Shown here: piece by piece, positions 1 through 9,585 of the stretch
Position numbering within the stretch: the first letter of the stretch is position 1
Layout: the number at the start of each line of letters is the position of its first letter
Virus record (IMG/VR): IMGVR_UViG_3300042198_000079
Location: 64,001 to 128,000 of that record
Direction: 5' to 3' (one strand)
From: a virus
Length of the DNA stretch: 64,000 nucleotides
Notes under the pieces: generated by a model
Seen by the model: only the letters and a program-made list of their open reading frames with translations
The model's database searches: none
What the model was told of the DNA's origin: nothing
Translations under genes and position numbers: made by a program

Positions 1-2
1 CT

Positions 3-1694
3 TGTAATGGTGTTAGCGGAAGCTGGACCGAAGTTCCTGAAGAAAGATGGAACTTCAAGACTTGGAACCTTTATGGGGAATTGGCAAGCTTGTCAGAAGC
101 AGTTGAAAGATATGCACCTTCCCAGTTTGGAACCGAAGTATACAACGATCATTTAAATGTTACATTGTGGAAATTGACTCCAGATTCTTCTGGGAACATG
201 ATAAAATTAAACGCAGAATTGTGGGAAACTCATTCTGGTAGTTTAAATTCAAATAGAAAGGAAACAAACACTTCTGGTGAAAGTTTTGTTAATTTGTTCT
301 TGCCGGAAGTTGTAAGAAGAAATAATTCTAGATTGAAAATTTTCGTTAATAAATTCTTGTCTGAAAGAAATTGTTGGAACAATGATCAAACTGGTCTTCC
401 CAAAAAGAGAGTTAGAATGGTCAATGGTTCTACTTTTGTTTCTCAAGAAGGATTAGATCCACAAGAACAAATGCAAGGTTATGCAGACAATCTTTTTGGA
501 TTAGCAAGTTGTGGTATAACTTGTGAACAAAGATTCTTAAACGAATGTCATACAAAAGACATAGGAAATCTTCCTATAAAATTACAAATAGCACTGAGAG
601 GTGTGGAAAACCCGGAAATATATGATATTGATCTTTCTGTTGATGCTGGATTGTCTACTGTTTGGGCAACCAGAAACAGTGTGGAAGCATCTAACTGCGA
701 TGTTTGTAGAGACGATTCTTACATTTTCGATGACAATGTTTATGTAAATCTTGGATTCTTAAATGATTATGAAGGACTGAATGTTCTTACTCCAGCAAAA
801 GCCGGATGGGATACTATATACAGAATTTTCAGAACTTTTGCAGAAGATCAAAGAGTTATTAACTGCGGTGTTCCAATTTTCCACATTCAAGATCCTTTAA
901 GACAAATATTCGTAAATGGAAAATTCCGTACATTTGATAACAAAAAGGTCATTGTTTCTACCTCAGAAACGATGGGTAAAACTTTTGCTAGAACTATATG
1001 GGCACCATTGAAAAATTTATTAGAAGGTGTTAGTAGTCCATATGTTGGTGTTTGGGCAAACTGGTTACAAGCCTATAATGCTTTTGATGACACTGTGTTT
1101 TGGGCACCTAGTTCTCCTTTTGTTGCTGCAATGTTAGCACGAAATGACGAAAATGGACCACAAAGAGTTGGAACTGCTCCTTTTGGATTATCTAATGGCG
1201 AAATTAGAAATGTTATTGGAGGTCAGGCTGGATTAGCAATAAATCCTTATCAAAAAGAAAGAGATAAACTTGCTGAAATATCCGCTAACCCGATTATATA
1301 CATAAGAAACGAAGGAGCTATTTATTCCTTTAACCATAAAACTACTTTGAGATCTGAATATGCATTAAGATCTAGAGTTCCTGTTAGTAGAGTTTTCATC
1401 GAACTTGCAAAACAAGGACAAGAAATCGCATATGGATTCTTGAATCAACCCAATACTATAATTACTAGAACTAATCTTAGAAGTGCTATTGAAACCCGAT
1501 TGAAAATTTATAAAGACAATGGGGTTTTAGAAAAATACAGAATTGTCATGACATCTGGCGACGATGGTCAAGTCGGAGGACTCAAAAAGAGATTGAATGT
1601 GTTTATCTACTTGACATTCTCTGGATGGGTCGAAGAAATTGTTCTTAACTTTATAGGAACAGACGAAGGAGTTACGGTTGAAACTTTAGAATAA
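3..1694 (+). CDS. Tail sheath protein (T4 gp18-like), 5'-truncated by window edge
   Basis: Frame is open from nt 3. Sheath C-terminal signatures: VWANW..YNAFDD..WAPSSPFVAAMLARND, APFGLSNG, NPYQKERDKL..ISANPI, SRVPVSRVF, NQPNTIITR, VEEIVLNF. Confidence 0.88.
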   Translation, partial: CNGVSGSWTEVPEERWNFKTWNLYGELASLSEAVERYAPSQFGTEVYNDHLNVTLWKLTPDSSGNMIKLNAELWETHSGSLNSNRKETNTSGESFVNLFLPEVVRRNNSRLKIFVNKFLSERNCWNNDQTGLPKKRVRMVNGSTFVSQEGLDPQEQMQGYADNLFGLASCGITCEQRFLNECHTKDIGNLPIKLQIALRGVENPEIYDIDLSVDAGLSTVWATRNSVEASNCDVCRDDSYIFDDNVYVNLGFLNDYEGLNVLTPAKAGWDTIYRIFRTFAEDQRVINCGVPIFHIQDPLRQIFVNGKFRTFDNKKVIVSTSETMGKTFARTIWAPLKNLLEGVSSPYVGVWANWLQAYNAFDDTVFWAPSSPFVAAMLARNDENGPQRVGTAPFGLSNGEIRNVIGGQAGLAINPYQKERDKLAEISANPIIYIRNEGAIYSFNHKTTLRSEYALRSRVPVSRVFIELAKQGQEIAYGFLNQPNTIITRTNLRSAIETRLKIYKDNGVLEKYRIVMTSGDDGQVGGLKKRLNVFIYLTFSGWVEEIVLNFIGTDEGVTVETLE

Positions 1695-1736
1695 AAAATA
1701 GGTAAAGACAAATCATAAAACCAAAAAACCGTTATC

Positions 1737-1763
1737 AACCCGCACATAAAGTGCGGGTTTTTT
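1737..1763 (+). terminator. Rho-independent terminator after sheath gene
   Basis: aacccgcac-ataaa-gtgcgggtt followed by a T-run. Confidence 0.85.
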
Positions 1764-1803
1764 GTAGAGAAAAACTAAAAATATGAAAAAGTTAACACAC
1801 AAC

Positions 1804-2046
1804 TTAATTAAATTTTAGCTTGAATCTATCCTCTTTAGGCAGATTGAACATACAATCGTTTTTATCTGCCCTGATTTCTGGGTTACTTTCATTTTTCTTT
1901 CTCAAAAGCGGTAAAATTTCCTCTGTTAGATTTTTAGTAATCGTTTGCAATTGGTAAACAGAATCCATCAAAACTTTTTGACGATGTTCAAATTTTTGGA
2001 TTTTTTCGCTGAGTAGTTCCAATTCTTGAAGTAGTTCTTCGTTCAT
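1804..2046 (-). CDS. Small coiled-coil hypothetical protein (start probably ATG 2046)
   Basis: Heptad-like ORF preceded on - by TTGACA(2078-2083)-16-TATGAT(2056-2061). Confidence 0.6.
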   Translation of the reverse strand: MNEELLQELELLSEKIQKFEHRQKVLMDSVYQLQTITKNLTEEILPLLRKKNESNPEIRADKNDCMFNLPKEDRFKLKFN

Positions 2047-2113
2047 CTTGATGTGATCATACCACAAAAAAACACATTGTCAACGATTTTTTTTAAAAAA
2101 ATATTTAATGACG

Positions 2114-2121
2114 TATAAATA
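2114..2121 (+). promoter_or_regulatory. T4-type late promoter TATAAATA for the capsid gene
   Basis: Exact TATAAATA about 90 nt upstream of the gp23 ATG; a gp55 homologue is in the window. Confidence 0.8.
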
Positions 2122-2211
2122 AATTTGTATAGTCGCAAACCAATTTGTGAAAATACGAAATTACGGAAAACATTTTTGTGGTCCGTGAAACCAAAAACCC
2201 AAAATAAAAAT

Positions 2212-3738
2212 ATGTTATTAGACGAAAGTTATCAAGGTTCGGTATCCAAGGCAAAAATGCTCACTGCCAAATGGCGGGAAGTTCTTGACCACGAAGATGC
2301 CGGAAGTCGCAGAATTGAAGATCCATATCTTCGTTATTGTACAGCTCAAATTCTCGAAAACCAAGCAGATTGGTTTAAGAAAAAGGGAATGTTGAGATTT
2401 AATGGTGGTCGTGGAGTTCAAAGATTGAACGAAGCAGGACTTGGAAACAATGATATTTATACCTCTTATGGTAATCCCGGATACAATGTCGGTGCAAATG
2501 GCGGAGATGTTCCTGCCAATAACGACTTTTATGCTCCGGGCGATGCTCGTATCCCGACTACGTTGATCCCGATGTTAAGACGTACGTTCCCTTCGTTGAT
2601 CACGCACGAAATTGCTGGTGTTCAACCTATGGACGGACCCTTAGCACTCATTTGGGCATTACGTTATCGTTATGATGGCGAAAACCTTGCTTGCTTCTCT
2701 CCTGATGGTGGTTGCAGCATGAATGCTCCTGCTGTTAGCAGTGCCCCTTGGAGAGCGCACAGTTATCAAGAAGCGGGTAATCCTGCTTACTTGAATACTG
2801 CTCACACTGGTGTTATTAACAATAGCCTTAGTGGTATTGGTGTTGTTGGTCAATCTACCTCTGGTAGTAATTTCGACAGTCTTCCGTTTGAAATGGGTGT
2901 TGCAGAACAATTGTTAAATTGGGAAAGCAAAACTAATTTCCCGCAAATGAAGTTTACCCTTGAAAAGACTGCTGTTGAAGCAGGTACTAGAAGGCTTGCT
3001 ACCAAGTGGCCTCTTGAAGCTGAACAAGACTTGGGTGCAATGAATCGTTTGGATATTCGTCAGGAAATGACCAATATCATGGCATACGAATTACAAGCGG
3101 AAATTGACCGTGAAATTGTCATTCGTATGAGAAACATTGCTTTGCAAGCTGGTCAAGGTATCGCAAATGGGTATTCCTTGTGGAGTCCTTGTAGTGCTGA
3201 TGGTCGTCACTTTGCAGAACGTGGTGTTGATTTGTATGCTCGTATCGTGCAAATCGCAAACATCATGACTGTCAAGACCAGACGTGGTCCTGCTAACTTC
3301 TTGATTGTTACCCCTACGGTTGCAACCATTCTCCAAACTTTGGATAATTATACTTTGTATAATATCAATCACACTCTTCCTCAAACCCAATCTTTTGGTA
3401 TTACCAAGATTGGTACCTTGGGTGGTGAGTTTACTGTTTACAGAGATGTTCACACCGAAGCTCAGTGGGTTCAAGGTCAAAGACCTAATCGTATTGATTA
3501 TATCCTTCTTGGATACAAGGGACGTGAGTTCTGGGATACTGGATTGGTTTATGCTCCGTATATTCCAATTACTATCCAAGAAACCATTGGACCAAACGAT
3601 GGTGCTGCTAGAATTCTCATGATGACTCGCTATGCGGTAGCGGAATCGATTTGGGGGTCCAGTAACTTCTATCATGTTCTGATTTTGAAGGGTCTTGGTC
3701 AAGCATGTGGAGTTAACGGTCCTGTGTATATGGGCTAA
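2212..3738 (+). CDS. Major capsid protein (T4 gp23-like); start at ATG 2212
   Basis: KWREVL, TAQILENQ, LIPMLRRTFPSLITHEIAGVQPMDGP, RRLATKWPLEAEQDL, ELQAEIDREI, TRRGPANF, GLVYAPYIP, MMTRY. Probable maturation site LNE/AG. Confidence 0.96.
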   Translation: MLLDESYQGSVSKAKMLTAKWREVLDHEDAGSRRIEDPYLRYCTAQILENQADWFKKKGMLRFNGGRGVQRLNEAGLGNNDIYTSYGNPGYNVGANGGDVPANNDFYAPGDARIPTTLIPMLRRTFPSLITHEIAGVQPMDGPLALIWALRYRYDGENLACFSPDGGCSMNAPAVSSAPWRAHSYQEAGNPAYLNTAHTGVINNSLSGIGVVGQSTSGSNFDSLPFEMGVAEQLLNWESKTNFPQMKFTLEKTAVEAGTRRLATKWPLEAEQDLGAMNRLDIRQEMTNIMAYELQAEIDREIVIRMRNIALQAGQGIANGYSLWSPCSADGRHFAERGVDLYARIVQIANIMTVKTRRGPANFLIVTPTVATILQTLDNYTLYNINHTLPQTQSFGITKIGTLGGEFTVYRDVHTEAQWVQGQRPNRIDYILLGYKGREFWDTGLVYAPYIPITIQETIGPNDGAARILMMTRYAVAESIWGSSNFYHVLILKGLGQACGVNGPVYMG

Positions 3739-3772
3739 TAACTCCCTGTAAATCAAAGAGTTACAACTAATT

Positions 3773-3808
3773 AACAAACCGTAAGACAAAATCTTACGGT
3801 TTGTTTTT
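3773..3808 (+). terminator. Rho-independent terminator after gp23
   Basis: aacaaaccgtaaga-caaaa-tcttacggtttgtt plus T-run. Confidence 0.85.
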
Positions 3809-3865
3809 GTAATTTAATGGTATGCCGTCTCTGCGAGCATTTGGATTTAGATGGTTCTATGTCAA

Positions 3866-3894
3866 TTGACACAACAACTCTGATACAGTATAAT
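3866..3894 (+). promoter_or_regulatory. Perfect sigma70-consensus promoter
   Basis: TTGACA(3866-3871)-17 nt-TATAAT(3889-3894). Confidence 0.85.
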
Positions 3895-3908
3895 GCCGTA
3901 TTACTATT

Positions 3909-4107
3909 ATGAAAAAAGAAGAAATAGAAACTTGGAAAAAACACTTTCAAAAATTCAATAAAGCGACGTTTATGAAGCATAAATAACAAAAGTTAAAGGA
4001 TCACATATATGATTCAAAATTAACAGAATATCAAAATATGAAAAAATAATGGATATAAGCGCATTTATGATTGTGGAAAGAAAAAATACATATTTGAAGT
4101 AAAATAA
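3909..4107 (+). pseudogene. Deleted/frameshifted remnant of a Hef-like phage homing endonuclease
   Basis: Reads MKKEEIETWKKHFQKFNKATFMKHK*QKLKDHIYDSKLTEYQNMK, then shifts to NGYKRIYDCGKKKYIFEVK*. The LTExQNM..NGYxRIYDCG tail resembles the C-terminus of Hef-like endonucleases. Confidence 0.6.
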
Positions 4108-4109
4108 AG

Positions 4110-4141
4110 AAAAGGGGGAGACGTTTTAGTCTCCCCCTTTT
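4110..4141. terminator. Bidirectional terminator
   Basis: aaaagggggagac-gtttta-gtctccccctttt between convergent units. Confidence 0.85.
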
Positions 4142-4153
4142 CTCATCCCTATA

Positions 4154-4591
4154 TTAACTTAATTTATAAGTCTTTATATTTTCTCTTTCTCTTTTTGATC
4201 TGGGAACCAACACTTCTAATACTCCATCAGTATATTTAAATGATATATTGTCAATATCATAATCTTGACCAACAGAAAACGATCTATTATATGTATATTC
4301 TTTTTTCCCGTCTTTTGATACAATTTGTCTTTTGCCGGAAATATATACTTCTCTAGAAACAGAATTAGACTTTAGTTCCATTTCATCTTTAGGAACACCC
4401 GGAAGGTCAATTTGAACAGTTAAACCATCTTCATTAGAAGAAAATCTAACTTGATCTCCAGTTTTATATATTTGTTCCAAGTTATGAAATACTGGAACCC
4501 GATTAAATTCACTGAATAATCGATCCATTTCGATTAACAATGCATTTTGTGGTAATTGTGGTGATTGACGATTTAGTTTATATTTGTCCAT
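4154..4591 (-). CDS. Small heat-shock protein (Hsp20/alpha-crystallin)
   Basis: IDLPGVPKDEMEL, ISGKR, YNRSF, YTDGVLEVLVP. Confidence 0.92.
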   Translation of the reverse strand: MDKYKLNRQSPQLPQNALLIEMDRLFSEFNRVPVFHNLEQIYKTGDQVRFSSNEDGLTVQIDLPGVPKDEMELKSNSVSREVYISGKRQIVSKDGKKEYTYNRSFSVGQDYDIDNISFKYTDGVLEVLVPRSKRERENIKTYKLS

Positions 4592-4648
4592 GGTTTTTTG
4601 TAATTAGTTAGTTAAAATGTAGTTTGTTTTAGTTACAAACTACAAAAA

Positions 4649-4679
4649 TATTTATACTACAAACAATCTATCTTGTCAA
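4649..4679 (-). promoter_or_regulatory. Overlapping sigma70-like and late promoter for hsp20
   Basis: TTGACA(4674-4679)-17-TATAAA; the -10 box extends to TATAAATA (4649-4656). Confidence 0.7.
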
Positions 4680-4690
4680 GACATGTTTTT

Positions 4691-5443
4691 TTAGTTAAAT
4701 ATGATTTCTACACCGAGTAAATGGGCATCGTGACCGTAAGTATCGCCGGATGCAGTAGCATTTCGGTAGATTTGGAATAATATCGGTGTGTTTGCTGCTG
4801 GTGTTCCTGCAATAGTAACTGCATTTGTTGCTGATGTAATGTGCATATCGTTCAGGGCAAGGAGAGTATCAGTTACCGTTTGTGCGTTACCAAATGAGGT
4901 ATCCAGTGCATCGTGATTTGCGAATGCACGACCTTGAATACTCCAGACGACATCATCATTACCGTCCCCAACTCCACTTGCCGTCCAATAAAATCGGGAA
5001 GTTATGGTAGAATTATTGTAGTTGTTTGGAAGGATGACAACAGCTTGGGCAAATTCGTTTGTAGTTGCATCGAAAAGAAGCTCATCCCAATTTGTGTGGT
5101 TAATAGGAAGTTCACGAGAATTCACTCTACATCCATTGGTTTTACGAGGAACCCATGTGTTTGCATTAATCCAAATGTTTGTTGCACCGAAATGACTACT
5201 TAATGAATTGAAATTTATTAGTAAATTATCTACTTCTACTTCAAGGGCACTTAAACTACCAGAATCGGAAAATTCATCAACTATATCAACAACATCTTCT
5301 ACTCTATAACTTCTTGGTCCTCCGTCAGAACTTTCTCCTGATATTATTTCAGAAGCTGTAACGAGAGGAGGAACTTCATATCTTCCCGGTGATCTCATTC
5401 CAGCTAATGGATCATAATAAGGATCATTTGACTCGTTACTCAT
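4691..5443 (-). CDS. Putative virion/tail-fibre-associated protein with a beta-rich C-terminal domain
   Basis: Late promoter at 5450-5457, 6 nt before ATG 5443. C-terminal FDATTNEFAQ..RFYWTA..VVWSIQG..FQIYR..DTYGHDAHLLGV domain resembles ends of phage fibre proteins. Confidence 0.5.
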   Translation of the reverse strand: MSNESNDPYYDPLAGMRSPGRYEVPPLVTASEIISGESSDGGPRSYRVEDVVDIVDEFSDSGSLSALEVEVDNLLINFNSLSSHFGATNIWINANTWVPRKTNGCRVNSRELPINHTNWDELLFDATTNEFAQAVVILPNNYNNSTITSRFYWTASGVGDGNDDVVWSIQGRAFANHDALDTSFGNAQTVTDTLLALNDMHITSATNAVTIAGTPAANTPILFQIYRNATASGDTYGHDAHLLGVEIIFN

Positions 5444-5515
5444 ATACAATATTTATACATATATTTTATATTTTAAAACCAATTATCGATAAATAACAAA
5501 GATAAATAAATTTAA

Positions 5516-6532
5516 ATGACTTCGTCTAAAAAAATACCTTATATTAAAAAAATAGAAGCTAATGTATGTCCACAAGAAACAATAGACATTATAAACAGAA
5601 ACTTGTCTTCTATTGTAAATGCATTTAAAGCAGAAGCCAGTCCTGTTTATACATTGGGAGATATAAAAGCAAGTTTATCTAAAACAGACGAAAATGGATG
5701 GTTTGTTTGTGACGGCAGACTATTCGATTTAGAATTATTTCCGCAATTAAGAACATTGGTAACTCAAGGCGTTTTGACTCAAGTTGGACCAAGTACAGTT
5801 TTATTGCCGGATTTGAGAGGAAGATTTTTAAGAGGATATGATTCTTCTAATGAAAGAGATCCAGATTTTGCTACTAGATATAATATTTTAGGAAATACTT
5901 CTGGGAATTCTTTTCCGGGAACTTATCAAGATCATGCACAAGAAATAGAAAAAGAAGCATATGATTATTACTATTCTTATTCTGATACTATAAAATATAG
6001 AGAATATACTTTTAATAAAGTAGTTAGAGACGCTAGTAAATTGTCAGGATCGGAATTTGTAGACTACAATGAAGTTAAAAAAGCCTATTTAGATGATGAT
6101 ACAAATTTACAATCTAGATTAATAACAGAAAAAAAAGATTATAAACAAAAAGTAGAAGCAGTTAAACTTCCTAGTTTAAATCAAGTTATAAACAGGGACA
6201 ATCACGAATTAAAAGTTCCGATAGCAAACAACGAACAAGGTGTTGTAAGAGGAATTGCATCACAAAATTCTGGAATTAATTCTGGTGTAGAATCCCGTCC
6301 AAAAAATATGACGGTCGTTTATAAATTATATATAGGAGAACCAAACTGCTGTAGTCCTGAAGAATTGCCAGAATGGAACGTGGAAGATGCAAATGTTTGG
6401 TTTCCTGCTAATTTCAGCGAACCGTTGGATTGTAGCAGTCTGTCTGCATTGTCTGCAATATACACTGATTTAGCATGTGATCCATTTGATTTAGATAATA
6501 ATTTAGATACTGGAAACTTACAACAAATATAA
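5516..6532 (+). CDS. Tail collar domain protein (short tail fibre-like)
   Basis: GDIK..GWFVCDG..FPQL..LPDLRGRFLRGYD and ESRPKNMTV motifs. Confidence 0.85.
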   Translation: MTSSKKIPYIKKIEANVCPQETIDIINRNLSSIVNAFKAEASPVYTLGDIKASLSKTDENGWFVCDGRLFDLELFPQLRTLVTQGVLTQVGPSTVLLPDLRGRFLRGYDSSNERDPDFATRYNILGNTSGNSFPGTYQDHAQEIEKEAYDYYYSYSDTIKYREYTFNKVVRDASKLSGSEFVDYNEVKKAYLDDDTNLQSRLITEKKDYKQKVEAVKLPSLNQVINRDNHELKVPIANNEQGVVRGIASQNSGINSGVESRPKNMTVVYKLYIGEPNCCSPEELPEWNVEDANVWFPANFSEPLDCSSLSALSAIYTDLACDPFDLDNNLDTGNLQQI

Positions 6533-6552
6533 GATATAAGTATTAATATAAA

Positions 6553-8547
6553 ATGGCAGTAGATTCAAGAAAAACCTTATTAATAACTGATTTAGATCCA
6601 ACGGTTTTTGGGAAAATAACAATAGGCAATAAATGTTATGTTAGTATTCCAACAATGAGTGGATCTGGTTTTAACTCATTATTTAGATACAGTATAAGAG
6701 ATTTAGGAGATGTTAGTAATGACGCAATTCCGGTAGAAAATAATATTCTTGCATTTAAAAACGGAAAATGGGTTTCGTCTGTTATTGATTCCACTTTTAA
6801 ACAAAACTTGGATATAAAATTAAATGATATAACCGATGTTAATTTAAACCAAAATTTAGCACAAGATAGTGTTTTATCATGGGACGGTATTTCTAATAAA
6901 TGGATACCAAAAGCGATTACGTCTAATCAAGATAATAATAATAATGTATATGTTCCAGAAAGAATAAAGTTTGTAGGAACAGCAAAAGGACAAACAGAAG
7001 GTGTTTTTGTTGTTTCTACAACAAATGAAATATATCAATCCGGGGTATCCAATAGTGTTTATAATTATTTTACAGCAGCAGCTCCCGGAGGAACTACGGA
7101 TAGATTGGTATTATCCCCATTTTCAGAAGAAGACGGACCAGTAGACGGATCAGGATGGAAAAAAGTGTTATTTAACAATAGAAATTGTTATGCATTAACT
7201 GTTAACGGACAACTTTGGGCAAAAGGATTTAATGATTGTGGACAATTAGGAGTTGGGACTAAAGTCCCTGTTACAGCTAATAGTAAAACAGATGTGTTCA
7301 GACTAGTAAGTCCTCCAAGTTTCATTGCGGGTTCCGTTACGATTAAAACTGTTTTTGAAGATATAGATATATCTTGGTCAAATCCTACTGCTCTAAGATC
7401 TCAAGAGGTTGTGGTAGCCGCAATATGTAGAAAAGATACACAATCACAAGTACCCGGAGCAGATAGATATCTTTTTGTATGGGGTAATACATTTATAACT
7501 GAAGCTAATGGTATTGAGAATACACCTAAACGAATATCTAATTTCGATGCGTTAAAACCAATTAAAGTATCATTGGGAATGAGTGGTGCTACACATTATA
7601 CTGTTTTATGCGAAGATGGAAAAGTTTTTACGGCAGTAAATAGACTTTTCGGAGATCGGGCATCAGATAGAACTTTCAATAATACTTTAGTTACCACGTA
7701 TGCTGGAAATCCTTTAGGAAGATCTCATACACTTTCAGCATTTCCCGTAAGTAGTTTTAATGAAGTTTCGTATGATGTGACGCCAGTTCCTATTATAAAA
7801 GATATTTATAATGGATGTGGTGCATATTTTCAAACTACTACCACCAGTTCGTATGCGCCCTATACTATGTTAATAGATAATAACGATAAATTATACTATG
7901 CTGGAAGAAATAATACAGGACAAGCAGGAATAGGAACAAAAACTACAATCGCAACATCAACTTCTGCTAGTGGACAAGGCGCATTTGTTGCATGTATTAA
8001 CTCTACCACAAACGGTCAATTAAGAGTTAAAAGTTTCGGAATAAATGACGGAGCATTTCATTTTGCACACATAGAAAAAGACACTGAAAAATTAGTAACT
8101 CTTGGTTCAAATATAGGAAATCAATTAGGAACATTAGGAGCAGCAAATATGGTTACTAGTGCATATTCTATAGTAAATATGCCGCTTAGTGGAGAAACTA
8201 TTAAAAAAGTAATAACCGGGTCATATGCTACTTCGACCGGGGATAATACTTTATCCGGTATGACCATGGTATTGACAAATAATGGTCTTGTTTATACATT
8301 CGGTCATTGCCCAAATGGGCAAAGCGGAAACGGAAGACTTAATCCTGCTCTTCCAGCTATTGTTCCTATGCCAGAACCTATTTTTGATATTACTATGGTT
8401 GGAGCAGATCAAGAATCTGCTATATTTGTATTAGGAAATAGCGGACGAGGATATGTTTGGGGTGCAAACAATAAAGGACAAACTGGAGCATTGCCCCCCA
8501 GTATCGGTTCCATCCCATATCCTATAAATGTTCCAATTCCTCAATAA
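6553..8547 (+). CDS. RCC1/BLIP-II repeat beta-propeller protein, probable receptor-binding fibre
   Basis: Repeats LWAKGFNDCGQLGVG, AGRNNTGQAGIG, GSNIGNQLG, FGHCPNGQSGNG, WGANNKGQTG. N-terminal fibre-type LxDLxDV...VLxW...KW repeats. Confidence 0.8.
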   Translation: MAVDSRKTLLITDLDPTVFGKITIGNKCYVSIPTMSGSGFNSLFRYSIRDLGDVSNDAIPVENNILAFKNGKWVSSVIDSTFKQNLDIKLNDITDVNLNQNLAQDSVLSWDGISNKWIPKAITSNQDNNNNVYVPERIKFVGTAKGQTEGVFVVSTTNEIYQSGVSNSVYNYFTAAAPGGTTDRLVLSPFSEEDGPVDGSGWKKVLFNNRNCYALTVNGQLWAKGFNDCGQLGVGTKVPVTANSKTDVFRLVSPPSFIAGSVTIKTVFEDIDISWSNPTALRSQEVVVAAICRKDTQSQVPGADRYLFVWGNTFITEANGIENTPKRISNFDALKPIKVSLGMSGATHYTVLCEDGKVFTAVNRLFGDRASDRTFNNTLVTTYAGNPLGRSHTLSAFPVSSFNEVSYDVTPVPIIKDIYNGCGAYFQTTTTSSYAPYTMLIDNNDKLYYAGRNNTGQAGIGTKTTIATSTSASGQGAFVACINSTTNGQLRVKSFGINDGAFHFAHIEKDTEKLVTLGSNIGNQLGTLGAANMVTSAYSIVNMPLSGETIKKVITGSYATSTGDNTLSGMTMVLTNNGLVYTFGHCPNGQSGNGRLNPALPAIVPMPEPIFDITMVGADQESAIFVLGNSGRGYVWGANNKGQTGALPPSIGSIPYPINVPIPQ

Positions 8548-8885
8548 TCTTCGTTTTGAGAAGATTCCATATTAATTAAATTATCAATCAATATACTAAG
8601 TCCAGCCTTTGTAGTAAAAGATTTTACTTTTTTTACTATATGGCCTTCGCCTTTTGTATCAATACCAAGAACTATAAATGCATCAAAAAATTCAGAAACC
8701 ATTCCATCTAATACAGATGCATCATTTTCTGTAAAATTTACTTGATTATATTCTATATCATTAACATTATCGTTTATTAGTTTTTTCTCATAACTAAAAT
8801 CTTCAACAATTTTTTGTTTTGTAGAATCGTCTATTTTATTTCTTTTAATTTTGTATTTTTTTATAGTTTTATATTTTTTTTGCAT
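8541..8885 (-). CDS. Hypothetical protein
   Basis: 114-aa ORF with TATAAATA at 8894-8901, 8 nt upstream. Confidence 0.6.
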   Translation of the reverse strand: MQKKYKTIKKYKIKRNKIDDSTKQKIVEDFSYEKKLINDNVNDIEYNQVNFTENDASVLDGMVSEFFDAFIVLGIDTKGEGHIVKKVKSFTTKAGLSILIDNLINMESSQNEDY

Positions 8886-8906
8886 TATATTAATATTTAT
8901 AGATTA

Positions 8907-9572
8907 TTATTGTTCTTCGTGAATTTCTTCTTCAGTATTTAAAGAAGTTACCGGATTTTTACCGATACAACCAAAACTGTAAAGATCAGTCATTATTACT
9001 TCCATAGATTCTGTATATAGCTTTGGTAAGAACATTGGAACCATTTGACCTCCGTCATAGTATCTAATGTTTCCGTCTTTATATCTAATGATATATAAAG
9101 ACGAACCATGTGGATCTACAGAAAAAATCCACTTTCTAGAATCGTTTTCGTCGAAAGTAATATTCTTTGAATTTTCCTTTAAAAAGTTTATATAATATCC
9201 AGAATTGAATAATCTATTAATTATATAGTTTTTTGTTTTTAGATTAGTGGGAATAACCGTATTTTTACTATATGTAATATTATTAACTATTTGTTCTATT
9301 GTATCATAGATATATTCGTGATCTATTTGTGTTTGAATTTTATTATCGTAAATAAGATCAAACGAAAACGAACCTAAATTTTCTCTATTTATATGAGCAA
9401 CAGCAATTATTTTATGATCTGGATGTAATATAACAGAATAAAGTCTACTGTCCCATTTTCCAAAATTAAAATCTAATTTTTCGCAATATTCATATGCTTG
9501 CCTCATTCTAGAAACAAATTCATCAACAGTTGGTGGCTTTATTGTTATATTTTTTACTCTTTGTTTTCCCAT
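8907..9572 (-). CDS. Hypothetical protein with two tandem similar domains
   Basis: DSRLYSVILHP and DSRKWIFSVDP halves; lies in the replication operon. Confidence 0.6.
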   Translation of the reverse strand: MGKQRVKNITIKPPTVDEFVSRMRQAYEYCEKLDFNFGKWDSRLYSVILHPDHKIIAVAHINRENLGSFSFDLIYDNKIQTQIDHEYIYDTIEQIVNNITYSKNTVIPTNLKTKNYIINRLFNSGYYINFLKENSKNITFDENDSRKWIFSVDPHGSSLYIIRYKDGNIRYYDGGQMVPMFLPKLYTESMEVIMTDLYSFGCIGKNPVTSLNTEEEIHEEQ

Positions 9573-9585
9573 AGTTTTTTAAAGT

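Noticed and set aside
2125-2211. N-terminal extension of gp23 from TTG 2125
   Set aside because: It lies just after the late promoter and looks like a structured 5' UTR; ATG 2212 fits better.
3091-3789. 232-aa antisense ORF inside gp23, and similar shadow ORFs (12465..13094, 25530..25976, 56013..56582, 62627..62872)
   Set aside because: They overlap well-supported genes on the opposite strand or in another frame and show no motifs.
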